NCBI RefSeq assembly: GCF_965641715.1
Contig: NZ_OZ282453.1
From: Escherichia coli
GTDB taxonomy: Bacteria > Pseudomonadota > Gammaproteobacteria > Enterobacterales > Enterobacteriaceae
Strand: one strand, 5' to 3'
Length of the DNA: 64,000 nucleotides
Both the position numbers and the translations under genes were made by a program. Shown here in pieces: positions 39,582 to 50,080 of this stretch. Within the stretch, counting starts at the first letter, position 1; each line of letters opens with the position of its first letter. The notes beneath the pieces are model-generated. The model was given only the letters and a program-made list of their open reading frames with translations, searched no databases and was not told the origin of the DNA.

Positions 39582-40034
39582 ATGGAATTCGAAATCAAAG
39601 GCGTGAAATATCGCGTGGCAAAACTCAGCGTTTTTGACCAGCTGAAAGTGACCCGCAAACTTCTGCCGGTACTGGCGGGAATGATGTCAGATTTCGGGAG
39701 CATTCGCTCCCTGTTGCCTGCTGATGGCAAAATCGACACCGTGAAATTCGATCAGTTGAAACCGGTATTTGAAACCCTGCTTCCGCGTATCGCTGAGGAA
39801 CTGTCTTCCCTGACTGAAGAAGACACCAACGCGATTATTCATCCGTGCCTGGCCGTAGTATCACGTAAGCACATGGACGGATGGACGCCGGTATTTAAAA
39901 GCGGTCAGCTGATGTTCGATGATATCGACCTGCTAACCATGCTGCAGCTGGTGGCGCGGGTGGTCGCCGATTCGCTGGGAAATTTTTTGCCCGTGAGCCC
40001 TACCAGCCCGACGCCGGGCCAGCTTCAGGGTTGA
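39582..40034 (+). CDS. Tail assembly chaperone
   Basis: 150 aa between tube and tape-measure genes. Confidence 0.5.
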   Translation: MEFEIKGVKYRVAKLSVFDQLKVTRKLLPVLAGMMSDFGSIRSLLPADGKIDTVKFDQLKPVFETLLPRIAEELSSLTEEDTNAIIHPCLAVVSRKHMDGWTPVFKSGQLMFDDIDLLTMLQLVARVVADSLGNFLPVSPTSPTPGQLQG

Positions 40035-40222
40035 CCCTCAACAGCCTACCAGACGGGCTGTCTTATCTCCTTGACCCGGTTGATGCCGGGTTAATCCCTT
40101 ATTACGCGCTGAAGGATGGATCAATCGATCTGTGCGATATCGCGCTGATGAATGACCACCTGGCCGTTAAGGCTGACAACCAGCGCCGTATAGAGAAATG
40201 GAGAGAGGATAATGAACGCTGA
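40031..40222 (+). CDS. Small tail-assembly ORF (possible frameshift-chaperone partner)
   Basis: 63-aa ORF overlapping both neighbours. Confidence 0.35.
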   Translation: MTLNSLPDGLSYLLDPVDAGLIPYYALKDGSIDLCDIALMNDHLAVKADNQRRIEKWREDNER

Positions 40223-41593
40223 GACTATTAAAGATTTCCTCGTCTCGCTTGGTTTCGATATCGACGAAGCTGGCGCGGAAAAGTTCGATTCAGTCCTGGC
40301 CGGCACGACCGCAAACGCTATCAAAATGGGGCTGGCCGTCGAAGGTGCCGCGCTTACCGTGGTGGCCTTCACGGCTAAGATCGCCTCCGGTCTGGATAAT
40401 CTCTACTGGGCGTCACAGCGCACTGGCGCGACGGTACAGGGGATTCAGTCTATTGGCTATGCGGTTTCCCAAGTGGGCGGCAGCGTAGACGCGGCGCGCT
40501 CCTCTCTGGAAAGCCTCTCCCGATTTGTGCGTAACAATCCCGGCGCGGAAGGCTTCCTGAATCGCCTGGGCGTACAGACCCGTGACGCCAGCGGTAACAT
40601 GCGTGACATGGCCGCTATCTTTACGGGTGTCGGCCAGAAGCTCAGCAGCATGCCGTACTACCGGGCTAACCAGTATGCGCAGATGCTGGGGATTGACGAA
40701 AACACCCTCATGGCGATGCGCCGGGGTGTGGGCGGTTTCTCCGGGCACTACAGCGCAATGGCGAAGGCTATCGGCTTTAATGCTGACGAGGCGGCCAGAA
40801 GCTCCAATAAGTTCATGACTTCTCTGCGCGAGTTCGGCGCGATGGCAGGCATGGCCCGTGACAAAATCGGCTCTAATCTTGCTGGTGGTCTGGCGGGTTC
40901 GCTGGACACGCTGCGCCGTCATATTCTGGATAATTTCCCGCGCATCGAGCAGACCCTGACGAAAGCCATAAAAGGCATTCTGGCGCTCGGGGACATCATC
41001 GGGCGGTTGTTCTTCCGGCTTATTGAGGGGACATCCAGCCTTATTACCTGGTGGCAATCGCTGGATAAGCAAACCCGGGAGCTGATCTCGCTGTTTGGCG
41101 CACTGACGATTGCGCTGCGCATTCTGAACAGTACGTTCTGGATGTCGCCGGTTGGCCTCATTACCGCGCTGGCGGCGGGGATTGCCCTCCTGTGGGAGGA
41201 CTATCAGACCTGGAAGGAAGGCGGCGACAGCCTGATTGACTGGGGCAAGTGGAAACCGGAGGTCGATGCCGCGCTGAAGATGGTTCGTGACCTTAAAACG
41301 ACCGTTAACGATCTGGCGAAAGCGCTGGCGAAACTACTCAATATTGACCCCAAATCATGGTCCCTGAAGTGGGATTTCAGCAACTTCATCGACCAGATGG
41401 GCGAATTCAGCAAAATGCTGAACATGATCGCCGACCTGCTCAACGCTATCAAAGATGGACGCTGGGCTGATGCCGTCAGCATCGGCAAACAGATACTTAA
41501 TCAGGGCAGCGAAAATCCGTCAGCGATGCCGATGGTTACAGACAGCGCTAACAGTACTGCCGACTGGATTAAAGAGCACTGGGGATTCGATCC
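40212..41593 (+). pseudogene. Tail tape measure protein, 5' portion, interrupted by IS186
   Basis: Reading frame runs into the IS186 left end; joining 40212-41593 to 42944-43550 restores one 663-codon frame. Confidence 0.7.
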
Positions 41594-42932
41594 CATAAGC
41601 GCTAACTTAAGGGTTGAACCATCTGAAGAATGCGACGCCTCGGTGCCTCGTTAAGACGATGCCTCGCGTTCTTCAATTGCGTTTTGTAGGCTGTCAGGGA
41701 TACTGTCCCACGAATGGCCACCTGTAAGCTCCAGATGACCATTTTTGTTATTCTCCACAACGAGTTAGTTCTTCTTTTCGGATCCGGCACTTCTGGGGGG
41801 GAAATCCAGCGATGGCTGGATTATGTCGTCAATTAAAAATGCGGCGAGTAGATTAGCAAATATCCACGCTTTCGCGAGTTCAGGTTCCTTTGCACGCAAA
41901 GCATCCAGGTGCAGCAAACTTTTGAGCCGCTTAAAAGCCAGTTCAATTTGCCATCGCAGACGGTAACAATCAGCCACTTGCTCTGCTGAATATTCATCTT
42001 CCGGTAATGATGTTAGCAATAGCACATGGCCCGCTGCTTCCAGCGTTTCCGCCTGAACTACTCGTCCTTTTCGACGATTCTCGCTGAGCAGTCGGGTTTT
42101 ACTGATTAATGCTTTTTCGGGAGGAAGTGATACGGCAATGAGACGTGCCGGAAAGGGAGCTCCGGCTTTTTTATTACCTGAATTGCCTATCATTACAGTG
42201 GTTTCACCGTTCTTACCGCAATCCAGCCCGCGCAGAAAACCCATCATGTCAAAGCGCATTCCTTCTGCAGTTAACCAGCGCAATCCTCGCCAGTGAACCC
42301 GGACGATATAATCAGCTTCTCCAAAAGCAAGTGAGCGGATACATTCGGGACGCGAACCGAATCCCCGGTCAGCAATGCGTATCTCGTCTGCCGTTTGCGC
42401 AAATCGGTCCAGCCGTTCAGCGTCTCTGCTGTCGGTTAGCTCAAAATCAGTGAACTGACAGGTATGAGGATCATATCCCATATGTAGTCGCCATTCAGCG
42501 CTGCCGCCCCCGGGCGCACTGATTGCTGTTCCATCGACAAGACGCAATCTCTTTCCGCTTGTACAACCCGTAACTGCGGCGCGTACAGCAAGTGTTTGTG
42601 CGGCAAGTATGCCAAACCAGTCGGCGGCATTCCGCAGCCGCTTCAGGAGAGCCACGTCAGATAATGTTGCAACGTCATGGAGCTGAGCCCATGCAGTGAC
42701 TTCACGTAATGACATCCCCCCGGGGCCGTAAGCCAGCCCCAGACGTAGCAGAGTTGCAGCATCACGAATTTCGCGGCGGCGGGTTAGAGCCCCGGCATTA
42801 CGTGCCGAAGTATCCAGTTCTTCGGGCTTACCAATATGGGCCAGAATTGCTGACCAGTTATCGTGAGAGTAATTCATCGGCACGTTAAATCATATCAGGC
42901 GTAATACCACAACCCTTAAGTTAGCGCTTATG
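41594..42932. mobile_element. IS186 (IS4 family) insertion sequence, complete
   Basis: 23-bp terminal inverted repeats cataagcgctaacttaagggttg (41594-41616) and its reverse complement (42910-42932); 11-bp target duplication ggattcgatcc at 41583-41593 and 42933-42943. Confidence 0.9.
41765..42883 (-). CDS. insL: IS186 transposase
   Basis: Translation ...MNYSHDNWSAILAHIGKPEELDTSARNAGALTRRREIRDAATLLRLGLAYGPGGMSLREV... matches IS186 transposase as recalled. Confidence 0.9.
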   Translation of the reverse strand: MPMNYSHDNWSAILAHIGKPEELDTSARNAGALTRRREIRDAATLLRLGLAYGPGGMSLREVTAWAQLHDVATLSDVALLKRLRNAADWFGILAAQTLAVRAAVTGCTSGKRLRLVDGTAISAPGGGSAEWRLHMGYDPHTCQFTDFELTDSRDAERLDRFAQTADEIRIADRGFGSRPECIRSLAFGEADYIVRVHWRGLRWLTAEGMRFDMMGFLRGLDCGKNGETTVMIGNSGNKKAGAPFPARLIAVSLPPEKALISKTRLLSENRRKGRVVQAETLEAAGHVLLLTSLPEDEYSAEQVADCYRLRWQIELAFKRLKSLLHLDALRAKEPELAKAWIFANLLAAFLIDDIIQPSLDFPPRSAGSEKKN

Positions 42933-43550
42933 GGATTCGATCCCCGCAGTGTGGGCCGGACGGTACGCGGCTGGTTTGGTGATGATGAGCCGGAACAACA
43001 TGCACAGGCTACGAAACGAGGAGAGCGGAATAACAATCCGGGAAACCTTAATTTTGCTGGTCAGGCGGGGGCTTCTCTTGAACACCCGGGCGGGCGATTT
43101 GCCAGATTTGAAACTGCCTTTGATGGATTACGGGCTCTTGCTCGTCAGTTAATGTTGTACGCCGGGCGAGGAATAAACAGTGTGGAAAAAATTATCTCTA
43201 CCTGGGCACCTGCCTCTGATAATAACAACACAACTGCGTATATCAGGGCTGTATCGCAACGACTGGGAGTGGATCCCCGGGCTGCCCTGAATATGAGCGA
43301 TCCGAAAACCATGTCAGCATTGATGAGCAGCATTATCCAGCATGAAAATGGAAGAAATATCTATTCTCGAGCGCTGATTAATAAGGCTGCCGTGGCGGGA
43401 ATTAGTGGCAAAATGACAGAGGTTAACCAGCAAAATACCTACCACATTTACGGTGGCGGAGATCCGCACGCTGTCGGTAATGAGGTTGCACGTCGGCAAC
43501 AGTCTGCAAATGCTCAGGTCATGCGAAGTAATCAGGTGAGGGTGGGTTAG
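42933..43550 (+). pseudogene. Tail tape measure protein, 3' portion downstream of IS186
   Basis: Frame continues from the target duplication (GFDP encoded on both sides) to a stop at 43550. Confidence 0.7.
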
Positions 43551-44137
43551 TGGATATTCTCTCTACACTTTTTCATCAGCAGAGCAGAAAAATAGGAATG
43601 ATTGTTCCCAGTGTTGTTATTTCAGAGAAGCATACAGATATGCTTGAAATAACCGAGCATCCGGTAGAGGTCGGGGCTGCTGTCGCTGATCATGCCTATA
43701 AAAAACCGTCAGAAGTGGTGATGGAGGTTGGTTTCGCCGGTGGCGGCACATTGCTGGATTTTGCCAGTAACCTGACGGCTACCAGCCTGCTCGGCCTGAG
43801 TCCTCAGCAGACGTATCAGGAGCTACTGGATCTGCAGGAAAGCCGTATCCCCTTCGATGTGGTAACCGGTAAACGGCTGTACAGCAACATGTTGATCCGG
43901 GCGCTGGAAGTGACGACGGACAAGACAACCGAAAATGTCCTGTCCGCCGTCCTTACCCTGAGGGAGGTCCTTATCTCCCGGACACAGCAGATTACCGTCG
44001 CGGATAAAACCAACATGAAGGAAGGGGCCAGCACGTCGGCGGTACAGAATAGCGGCAACAAAACCACAAAGCCTCCAGATACTTCACTGCTGAAAAGCAT
44101 TACGGGTAACGTGGCGTCATTACTAGGAGGCGGCTAA
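43550..44137 (+). CDS. Phage tail/baseplate-associated protein
   Basis: 195 aa directly after tape measure. Confidence 0.45.
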   Translation: MDILSTLFHQQSRKIGMIVPSVVISEKHTDMLEITEHPVEVGAAVADHAYKKPSEVVMEVGFAGGGTLLDFASNLTATSLLGLSPQQTYQELLDLQESRIPFDVVTGKRLYSNMLIRALEVTTDKTTENVLSAVLTLREVLISRTQQITVADKTNMKEGASTSAVQNSGNKTTKPPDTSLLKSITGNVASLLGGG

Positions 44138-44439
44138 TGACAATTCAGGAAATTCCGCTGACAGCGGACAACCAGCAGTTCAGCATCGTCCTGGGCGGTG
44201 TCACCTGGCGGATTAGCATCATATGGCGCGATCTGTACTGGATTATGGACCTGCAGAATGACAGAGGGGAGCCGGTAATCTCCGGTATTCCTCTCGTCAC
44301 TGGCGCTGATCTGCTGGCGCAGTACGCCTGTATGGGGCTTGGTTTTAAGCTGTTGGTGGTCTGCGATGACAACACACAGGATTATCCCACGAAAACTGAC
44401 CTGGGCAGTCGCAGCCATTTACTGGTATCAACGGAGTAA
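44137..44439 (+). CDS. Phage tail protein
   Basis: 100 aa; ATGA overlap with the upstream gene. Confidence 0.45.
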   Translation: MTIQEIPLTADNQQFSIVLGGVTWRISIIWRDLYWIMDLQNDRGEPVISGIPLVTGADLLAQYACMGLGFKLLVVCDDNTQDYPTKTDLGSRSHLLVSTE

Positions 44440-44441
44440 GC

Positions 44442-45503
44442 ATGTCACAGAACTGGATGAGACATTTCGAGCTGCAGCTTGTGGACGGGAACGGTCAGGG
44501 AATTGAGCTAAGTGATTTTAAAGTCACCTTTACGATCGACTGGTTCAACATCAGCAGTGCGTCCCGGGTAGGGACTATCAAAATTTATAACCTCTCGGCA
44601 GATACTGTGAACCGAATCACCGGGCAGGAGTTTTCGAAAGTGCGTCTGATTGCGGGTTACGACGGTATCGCGCCGGAGGTGTCGGCAAGCGACGTCGGGA
44701 CTGTGCGGGAAGTTGACGCGGCGGACGTGGGCCAGAGTGATGGCCGCAACTACGGACTAATTTTCAGCGGTGAAATTCGCTACTCGGTCACAGGAAAAGA
44801 CAGTCCGGTTGATTCCTACGTCCTGATTCAGGCAGCAGATACTGATCTGGCTTTTGCCACCAGTATAACCTCACAGACGCTGGCTGCCGGTTACACGGTC
44901 GCTGATGTGAACCGTGCGCTGATGAAAGACTTCGAAGCCAAAGGCGCGACCGAAGGCCTGACGCCTGAAATGCCTGCTACTGTATTCCCCCGGGGGCGGG
45001 TGCTCTTTGGCATGACGCGGCATCTAATGGATAACGTAGCCGGGCAATGTGGCGCAACATGGCAATTCGTGGACGGTCAGCGCCAGATGGTGGCGAATAA
45101 CGAATATGTTCACGAAGCGATTGTGCTCAACAGTGCTACCGGGCTTATTGGCATGCCGCAGCAGACCATCGGTAACGGCGTAAACGTCCGTGCGCTCATT
45201 AATCCGAACATCCGGGTTAACGGGCTCATTCAGCTGGATCAGGCTTCTGTATATCGCACCGCGTTGTCGAACAACGATATCGCTATGGCTGGTGGGCAGA
45301 TCACCGACCAGAACACGGACGGAAATATTACGCTCAGCGGCACCACATCACAGCCTGCCAGCATCGCAACGGATGGCGTTTATATTGTGCGCGGGATTAT
45401 GTACACTGGCGACACAAGGGGCCAGGTGTGGTACATGGATATGATGTGCGAAGCGCGTGGCGCGGCGGATCTGTATACGCAATCGGCTTTGCAAAGGGGA
45501 TGA
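44442..45503 (+). CDS. Phage tail/baseplate hub-like protein
   Basis: 353 aa; position after tape-measure-associated genes. Confidence 0.5.
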   Translation: MSQNWMRHFELQLVDGNGQGIELSDFKVTFTIDWFNISSASRVGTIKIYNLSADTVNRITGQEFSKVRLIAGYDGIAPEVSASDVGTVREVDAADVGQSDGRNYGLIFSGEIRYSVTGKDSPVDSYVLIQAADTDLAFATSITSQTLAAGYTVADVNRALMKDFEAKGATEGLTPEMPATVFPRGRVLFGMTRHLMDNVAGQCGATWQFVDGQRQMVANNEYVHEAIVLNSATGLIGMPQQTIGNGVNVRALINPNIRVNGLIQLDQASVYRTALSNNDIAMAGGQITDQNTDGNITLSGTTSQPASIATDGVYIVRGIMYTGDTRGQVWYMDMMCEARGAADLYTQSALQRG

Positions 45504-45506
45504 GCA

Positions 45507-45848
45507 ATGAGGGGTATTATTTTTCTGTTAGCTGTCTTTTCTGCGTGCAGCGCGTGGGCGGATGGCTTCACGGTTAAATGCGGTGGCTACACTATGGTTG
45601 CAAACCAGGGCGAGTTATCGACAATCAACGGTGAAAGAGTTACCTCTCAAAAAATCACCGAACTGGGTACCAATGGTTTGAAAGTAGACATGGGGATTAT
45701 GCCTGCCAAAGACGGTAACAACTACGGCTTTGAATACATTCGTCGCCCTGGTACCGAAACGCGATTCCTGAATGTGCAACTGCTGCAGAACAGCATGGAC
45801 GCGCCGAAAATCATCGGGTCTTTCCCGTGTAAAAAGGTTAATCAGTAA
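45507..45848 (+). CDS. Secreted small protein (moron in tail module)
   Basis: 113 aa; signal peptide MRGIIFLLAVFSACSAWA; two Cys; first gene of the insert between tail genes. Confidence 0.65.
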   Translation: MRGIIFLLAVFSACSAWADGFTVKCGGYTMVANQGELSTINGERVTSQKITELGTNGLKVDMGIMPAKDGNNYGFEYIRRPGTETRFLNVQLLQNSMDAPKIIGSFPCKKVNQ

Positions 45849-45907
45849 AGCTATAATCCATTTCTGACATCAATTTCAGGCAGTTGATTCTGGGGTTAAG
45901 GATTATT

Positions 45908-46684
45908 ATGGCTACACCAGCTAAAGCATCCAGTAACTATGTTATCCAGTTCGGGGCGATGCTTGAAGAAAATGCTTCGATAGATGAGTTCACTTATCGT
46001 TACGTTTTACGCAATTATTCATCCAGCACTGAAGGCAACGATGTTAGCGCGGTTGGTTTTGCTTATGCTTTAAATGGTGAAGATGATCTAGCCTATGAAC
46101 ATTTTCATAAGCATCTGAAAATGGGCAACATCACTATTGCAAAGAATTTCGCTGCTTTCCTTTTCAAACGACATCACTACCGCCAGTTACATGAAATTAT
46201 TTATCAACTTGCTGATGCGTTTGGCGGGAAAATGTTGACTATGCTTGCTGCTGCGGAATCTTATCGGGTTGGTGACCTGGCGGCAATCCAGAAATACATG
46301 GAATGGCACTGTCGTTTACTGTCAGAAAACGATGACAAGTACGGAGCTGAAGCCTATATGCGTGAGCTTATCGATGGTGTTAAAGGATGTTACGAGGCAA
46401 AAGTTTGTACACCTGAGCAGTTTAGATTGCTTGGGGACATCACTCATTCGATCCTTGAAGAACGTAAACTTATTCCCGGTAGCTTGGGAATTTTCAGCTC
46501 TATGGGCGGTGATTATCTCGTGCAAGTGGAGAAAGCTACTCCGGAAGATATCGTTTTGATGAATTTTGATTTGGCTGAAAGGATATGTTCTGAGTCAAGG
46601 TTAGACGACTGTGAAATGACTGCTCGTTTCTCGGTTTTAAGGGAGTCCCATACGAAGGAAACTTATGACTATTCAGAGTTTTGA
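45908..46684 (+). CDS. Hypothetical protein, partner of the HEPN-like protein
   Basis: ATG at 45908 preceded by aagga; 258 aa; His-rich helical-looking sequence; stop overlaps the next gene's start by 20 nt. Confidence 0.65.
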   Translation: MATPAKASSNYVIQFGAMLEENASIDEFTYRYVLRNYSSSTEGNDVSAVGFAYALNGEDDLAYEHFHKHLKMGNITIAKNFAAFLFKRHHYRQLHEIIYQLADAFGGKMLTMLAAAESYRVGDLAAIQKYMEWHCRLLSENDDKYGAEAYMRELIDGVKGCYEAKVCTPEQFRLLGDITHSILEERKLIPGSLGIFSSMGGDYLVQVEKATPEDIVLMNFDLAERICSESRLDDCEMTARFSVLRESHTKETYDYSEF

Positions 46685-47036
46685 TTTTTTGCGTTCAAGT
46701 GAACATTGTTTAACTCTGGACGAAGAAGTTGGTTATCGTAATGCCGTATCGCGAGCCTACTATGCTATGTTTCATCGTGCTGGCGAGGCTCTGAAGCATG
46801 TCCCCTCTGTAGAACATAATCACCATGCTAATTTAATCAACTACATGCAAGGTAGGATGGGCACACCTAAGGAAGAAATACCTCCTGCAAGATTAAAAAT
46901 ACTTGCATACGATCTCCGCCAAATGAGACAAGCGCGGAATGAAGCCGACTATCGCTTATCTGACTCCAAGATAAATGCTGACGTTGCCAAGGAATCATTA
47001 TTAACCGCGCAGCATTTTTTTAAACGGATTTCATAA
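46665..47036 (+). CDS. HEPN-domain-like protein (possible RNase toxin / abortive-infection effector)
   Basis: 123 aa; motifs VSRAYYAMFHRAGEAL and RQARNEADYR resemble HEPN-family signatures as recalled; aaggaaa RBS; translationally coupled to the upstream gene. Confidence 0.55.
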   Translation: MTIQSFDFLRSSEHCLTLDEEVGYRNAVSRAYYAMFHRAGEALKHVPSVEHNHHANLINYMQGRMGTPKEEIPPARLKILAYDLRQMRQARNEADYRLSDSKINADVAKESLLTAQHFFKRIS

Positions 47037-47057
47037 AAAGTCACTATTTACCACGAA

Positions 47058-47080
47058 CCCGCCATCCGGCGGGTTTTTTG
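47058..47080 (+). terminator. Rho-independent terminator closing the tail-module moron
   Basis: cccgcc-atcc-ggcggg hairpin followed by tttttt. Confidence 0.7.
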
Positions 47081-47098
47081 CTTTCTGGAGCCTACTAA

Positions 47099-47851
47099 AT
47101 GGCAGTATCTGACCAGACCCGCAGCGGCGACCTTGCCGAAACATTCAAATCTGAACGGGAAACAACAAAGAACCAGATCCGTGTCGCCTTGCCTGGCATT
47201 ATTCAGTCATTCGATCCTGATGCGGTGACGGCAGTTGTGCAGCCTGCTATCCGTTCGGTTGAAAAGGATAATGACGGCAACCGCATTACCAAAAATTACC
47301 CATTGCTGGTGGATGTGCCAGTGGTATTCCCACGCGGCGGAGGATGTACGCTAACGTTCCCAGCTAAAGCCGGTGATGAATGTTTGGTGATTTTTGCCGA
47401 TCGTTGTATTGATTTCTGGTGGCAGAGTGGCGGGATACAGGAGCCGGTCGATGACAGAATGCATGATTTATCGGATGCGTTTTGTATTGTCGGTCCCCAG
47501 TCGCAGGCAAGGAAGATTAGCGGTATTAATACCAGTGCCACACAGTTGCGTAGTGACGACGGCAGCACCTATTTTGAGCTTAATCCTGATACCAGGAAAA
47601 TTAAAATTGTCGCTCCGGGTGGTCTTGATGTGGTTGCCCCTCTGGCTGATTTTTCTGAGAAAGTAACCATTCATGGCCTGTTAACCTGGATGGGGGGCAT
47701 GGTGGGGTCTGTTGTTTCTGGTGTGGCTTCAAAAATCACTGGTGCTGTTGAGTTTTTGGGTAGCGTGAAGGCTAACGGCAAGCTAATCGATGATACGCAC
47801 ACTCATGGTGGTGTTCAGCGCGGTGGAAGCAATACCGACGGAGTAAACTGA
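47099..47851 (+). CDS. Baseplate assembly protein V (central spike)
   Basis: 250 aa; ...DECLVIFADRCIDFWWQSGG... resembles gpV-type spike proteins; followed by W, J, I homologues. Confidence 0.7.
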   Translation: MAVSDQTRSGDLAETFKSERETTKNQIRVALPGIIQSFDPDAVTAVVQPAIRSVEKDNDGNRITKNYPLLVDVPVVFPRGGGCTLTFPAKAGDECLVIFADRCIDFWWQSGGIQEPVDDRMHDLSDAFCIVGPQSQARKISGINTSATQLRSDDGSTYFELNPDTRKIKIVAPGGLDVVAPLADFSEKVTIHGLLTWMGGMVGSVVSGVASKITGAVEFLGSVKANGKLIDDTHTHGGVQRGGSNTDGVN

Positions 47852-48204
47852 TGCGATACAGACGTGAAGACGCCGATGGCGATTACACCTTTGGCAGCGG
47901 TGATGATACCTGGCTGATTAACTCACCGGAGGCCGTGGCGCAGGCGGTAAAAACGCGATTCGAATTGTGGTATGGGCAATGGTTTCTAGACACCACCGAA
48001 GGGACTCCGTGGATCCAGTCCGTACTCGGTAAGCAGAAGCCGGAAACCTACAACCTGGCGATCCGTAAGCGCATCCTCGAAACGCGGGGCGTTAAATCAA
48101 TCCTCTCTTTCAATACGACGGTGGATACCACGACCCGACGTGTCATGTTTTCCGCTGAAATCGACACTCTCTATGGAATAACGACTGTTACATCGGAGGC
48201 GTAA
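47851..48204 (+). CDS. Baseplate protein W (gp25-like)
   Basis: 117 aa; overlaps V stop (ATGA); gpW-like size and position. Confidence 0.7.
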   Translation: MRYRREDADGDYTFGSGDDTWLINSPEAVAQAVKTRFELWYGQWFLDTTEGTPWIQSVLGKQKPETYNLAIRKRILETRGVKSILSFNTTVDTTTRRVMFSAEIDTLYGITTVTSEA

Positions 48205-49403
48205 TGGCTCTGAACCTTGATTCTCTCGGTTTATCTGCAAAGGTAACCGCGGAGGGGATCAGTGCGCCTGATTATCAGACGATACTCAGCACCCTGATTA
48301 GCTATTTTCAGCAGATTTATGGCAGTGATGCCTACCTCGAACCGGACAGCAAAGACGGCCAGATGGTGGCTCTGATGGCGCTGGCGATTCATGATGCCAA
48401 TAATATGGCGATAACTGTCTACAACTGTTTTTCACCGGCAACCGGCTATGGGGCTGCACTCACCAGTAACGTGAAAATAAATGGTATTTCACGTAAAGGC
48501 GCGACGAACTCTACGGTTGATTTGCTTCTTACAGGAACTGCCGGAACAACCATCATTAATGGCAGCGTGAAAGACAGTAATAATGTGATATGGCGTTTGC
48601 CTGCTTCAGTGGTGGTCGGCGTGGATGGTACAGTGATGGCGACCGCAACATGTTCCGTCAGTGGTGCAGTGGCGGCGCTGGCTGGAACTATCACTGAAAT
48701 TAATACGCCAACCCGTGGCTGGGTTTCGGTAACTAATCCTGCTGCGGCTACTGTTGGCTCTCCGGCAGAAACTGATGCTGAGTTACGTATCCGCCAGTCG
48801 CAAAGTGTTGCATTGCCATCAATAACCCCATTTGAAGCACTGGATGGTGCTGTTTCTAATGTTACCGGTGTAACCCGCCACAAACTCTATGAAAACGATA
48901 CTGGTTCGGAGGACGGTAACGGGTTACCGCCACACTCTGTTGCTGTAATTGTGGATGGCGGTGATGTGACGGATATTGCTCAGGCTATCAGAGGGAATAA
49001 AGGCCAGGGGACAGCCACTCACGGTACAACATCCGTTACGGTTCCGGATAAATACGGCAATCCCCATGTAATCAAATTCTCGCGTTCCAGTGATGTACCT
49101 GTTTATGCCCGGATTAAATTAAAAGTTTTTACGGGTTATACCTCACAGATAGGGCAGCAGATCCAGCAGGCTATTTCCGACTATATCAATAGTCTGATGA
49201 TTGGTGATTCGGTCCTTTTAAGTCGCATTTACTCACCGGCGAATCTTGGCGTGGTGAGTGGCGGGAATGCACGCTATTACGATATTCAGGAACTGACGAT
49301 TGGGAAATCCCAGGGGACTTTGTCGTCATCAAACATTGATATCAGATATAACGAATCTGCGTCCTGTACCCCGGAAAATATCGTTATAACGGTGGAGTCA
49401 TGA
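48204..49403 (+). CDS. Baseplate protein J
   Basis: 399 aa; position and size. Confidence 0.7.
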   Translation: MALNLDSLGLSAKVTAEGISAPDYQTILSTLISYFQQIYGSDAYLEPDSKDGQMVALMALAIHDANNMAITVYNCFSPATGYGAALTSNVKINGISRKGATNSTVDLLLTGTAGTTIINGSVKDSNNVIWRLPASVVVGVDGTVMATATCSVSGAVAALAGTITEINTPTRGWVSVTNPAAATVGSPAETDAELRIRQSQSVALPSITPFEALDGAVSNVTGVTRHKLYENDTGSEDGNGLPPHSVAVIVDGGDVTDIAQAIRGNKGQGTATHGTTSVTVPDKYGNPHVIKFSRSSDVPVYARIKLKVFTGYTSQIGQQIQQAISDYINSLMIGDSVLLSRIYSPANLGVVSGGNARYYDIQELTIGKSQGTLSSSNIDIRYNESASCTPENIVITVES

Positions 49404-50080
49404 GCAAATACACCGAACTAATCACAAACTACCACGCCTCCAAACCTAAATTTCTTTCACATGTTGATCTGATGACCCGGCCGCTTATTGATGTTGCGGC
49501 TGCCACCAGAGGGCTGATTACTGCATTTGATATCGACTCTGCGGTTGGTGTGCAACTTGACATTCTGGGATTGTGGATCGGACGTAGCCGTGTTGTCAGC
49601 CAGCCTATTTCAGGTGTCTATTTCAGCTGGGATACCGACGGGATTGGATATGATCAGGGGGTATGGCAGGGACCATACGATCCTGATTCAGGATACATGT
49701 ATCTCAGCGATGAAACTTATCGTGTCATTCTTAAAGCGAAGACTGCGATTAATAACTGGGACGGACGGAATGATTCGCTTCCGGCAATTCTTGACGCGGC
49801 AACAGCAGGATCCGGGCTGCGAATGCAGATAGTCGATAACCAGGACATGACGATATCGGTCAGGGTCTTTCCTGATACTGATATTTCAGATGTATCGCGT
49901 GAGTTAATTGCGGCAATTAAACAGGGGTATCTCACAGTAAAAGCCGCCGGGGTATGGGCGGGTGGCATTGAAACACCTTCGGTGGAAACCCCATCGGAAG
50001 GCTCAAAATTTTTTGGTTTTGATATGGATAACGAATTCATCAGTGGTTTTGATGTAGGGGCATGGGGAGTATTACTCTGA
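49400..50080 (+). CDS. Tail protein I-like
   Basis: 226 aa; between J and the tail-fibre gene. Confidence 0.6.
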   Translation: MSKYTELITNYHASKPKFLSHVDLMTRPLIDVAAATRGLITAFDIDSAVGVQLDILGLWIGRSRVVSQPISGVYFSWDTDGIGYDQGVWQGPYDPDSGYMYLSDETYRVILKAKTAINNWDGRNDSLPAILDAATAGSGLRMQIVDNQDMTISVRVFPDTDISDVSRELIAAIKQGYLTVKAAGVWAGGIETPSVETPSEGSKFFGFDMDNEFISGFDVGAWGVLL

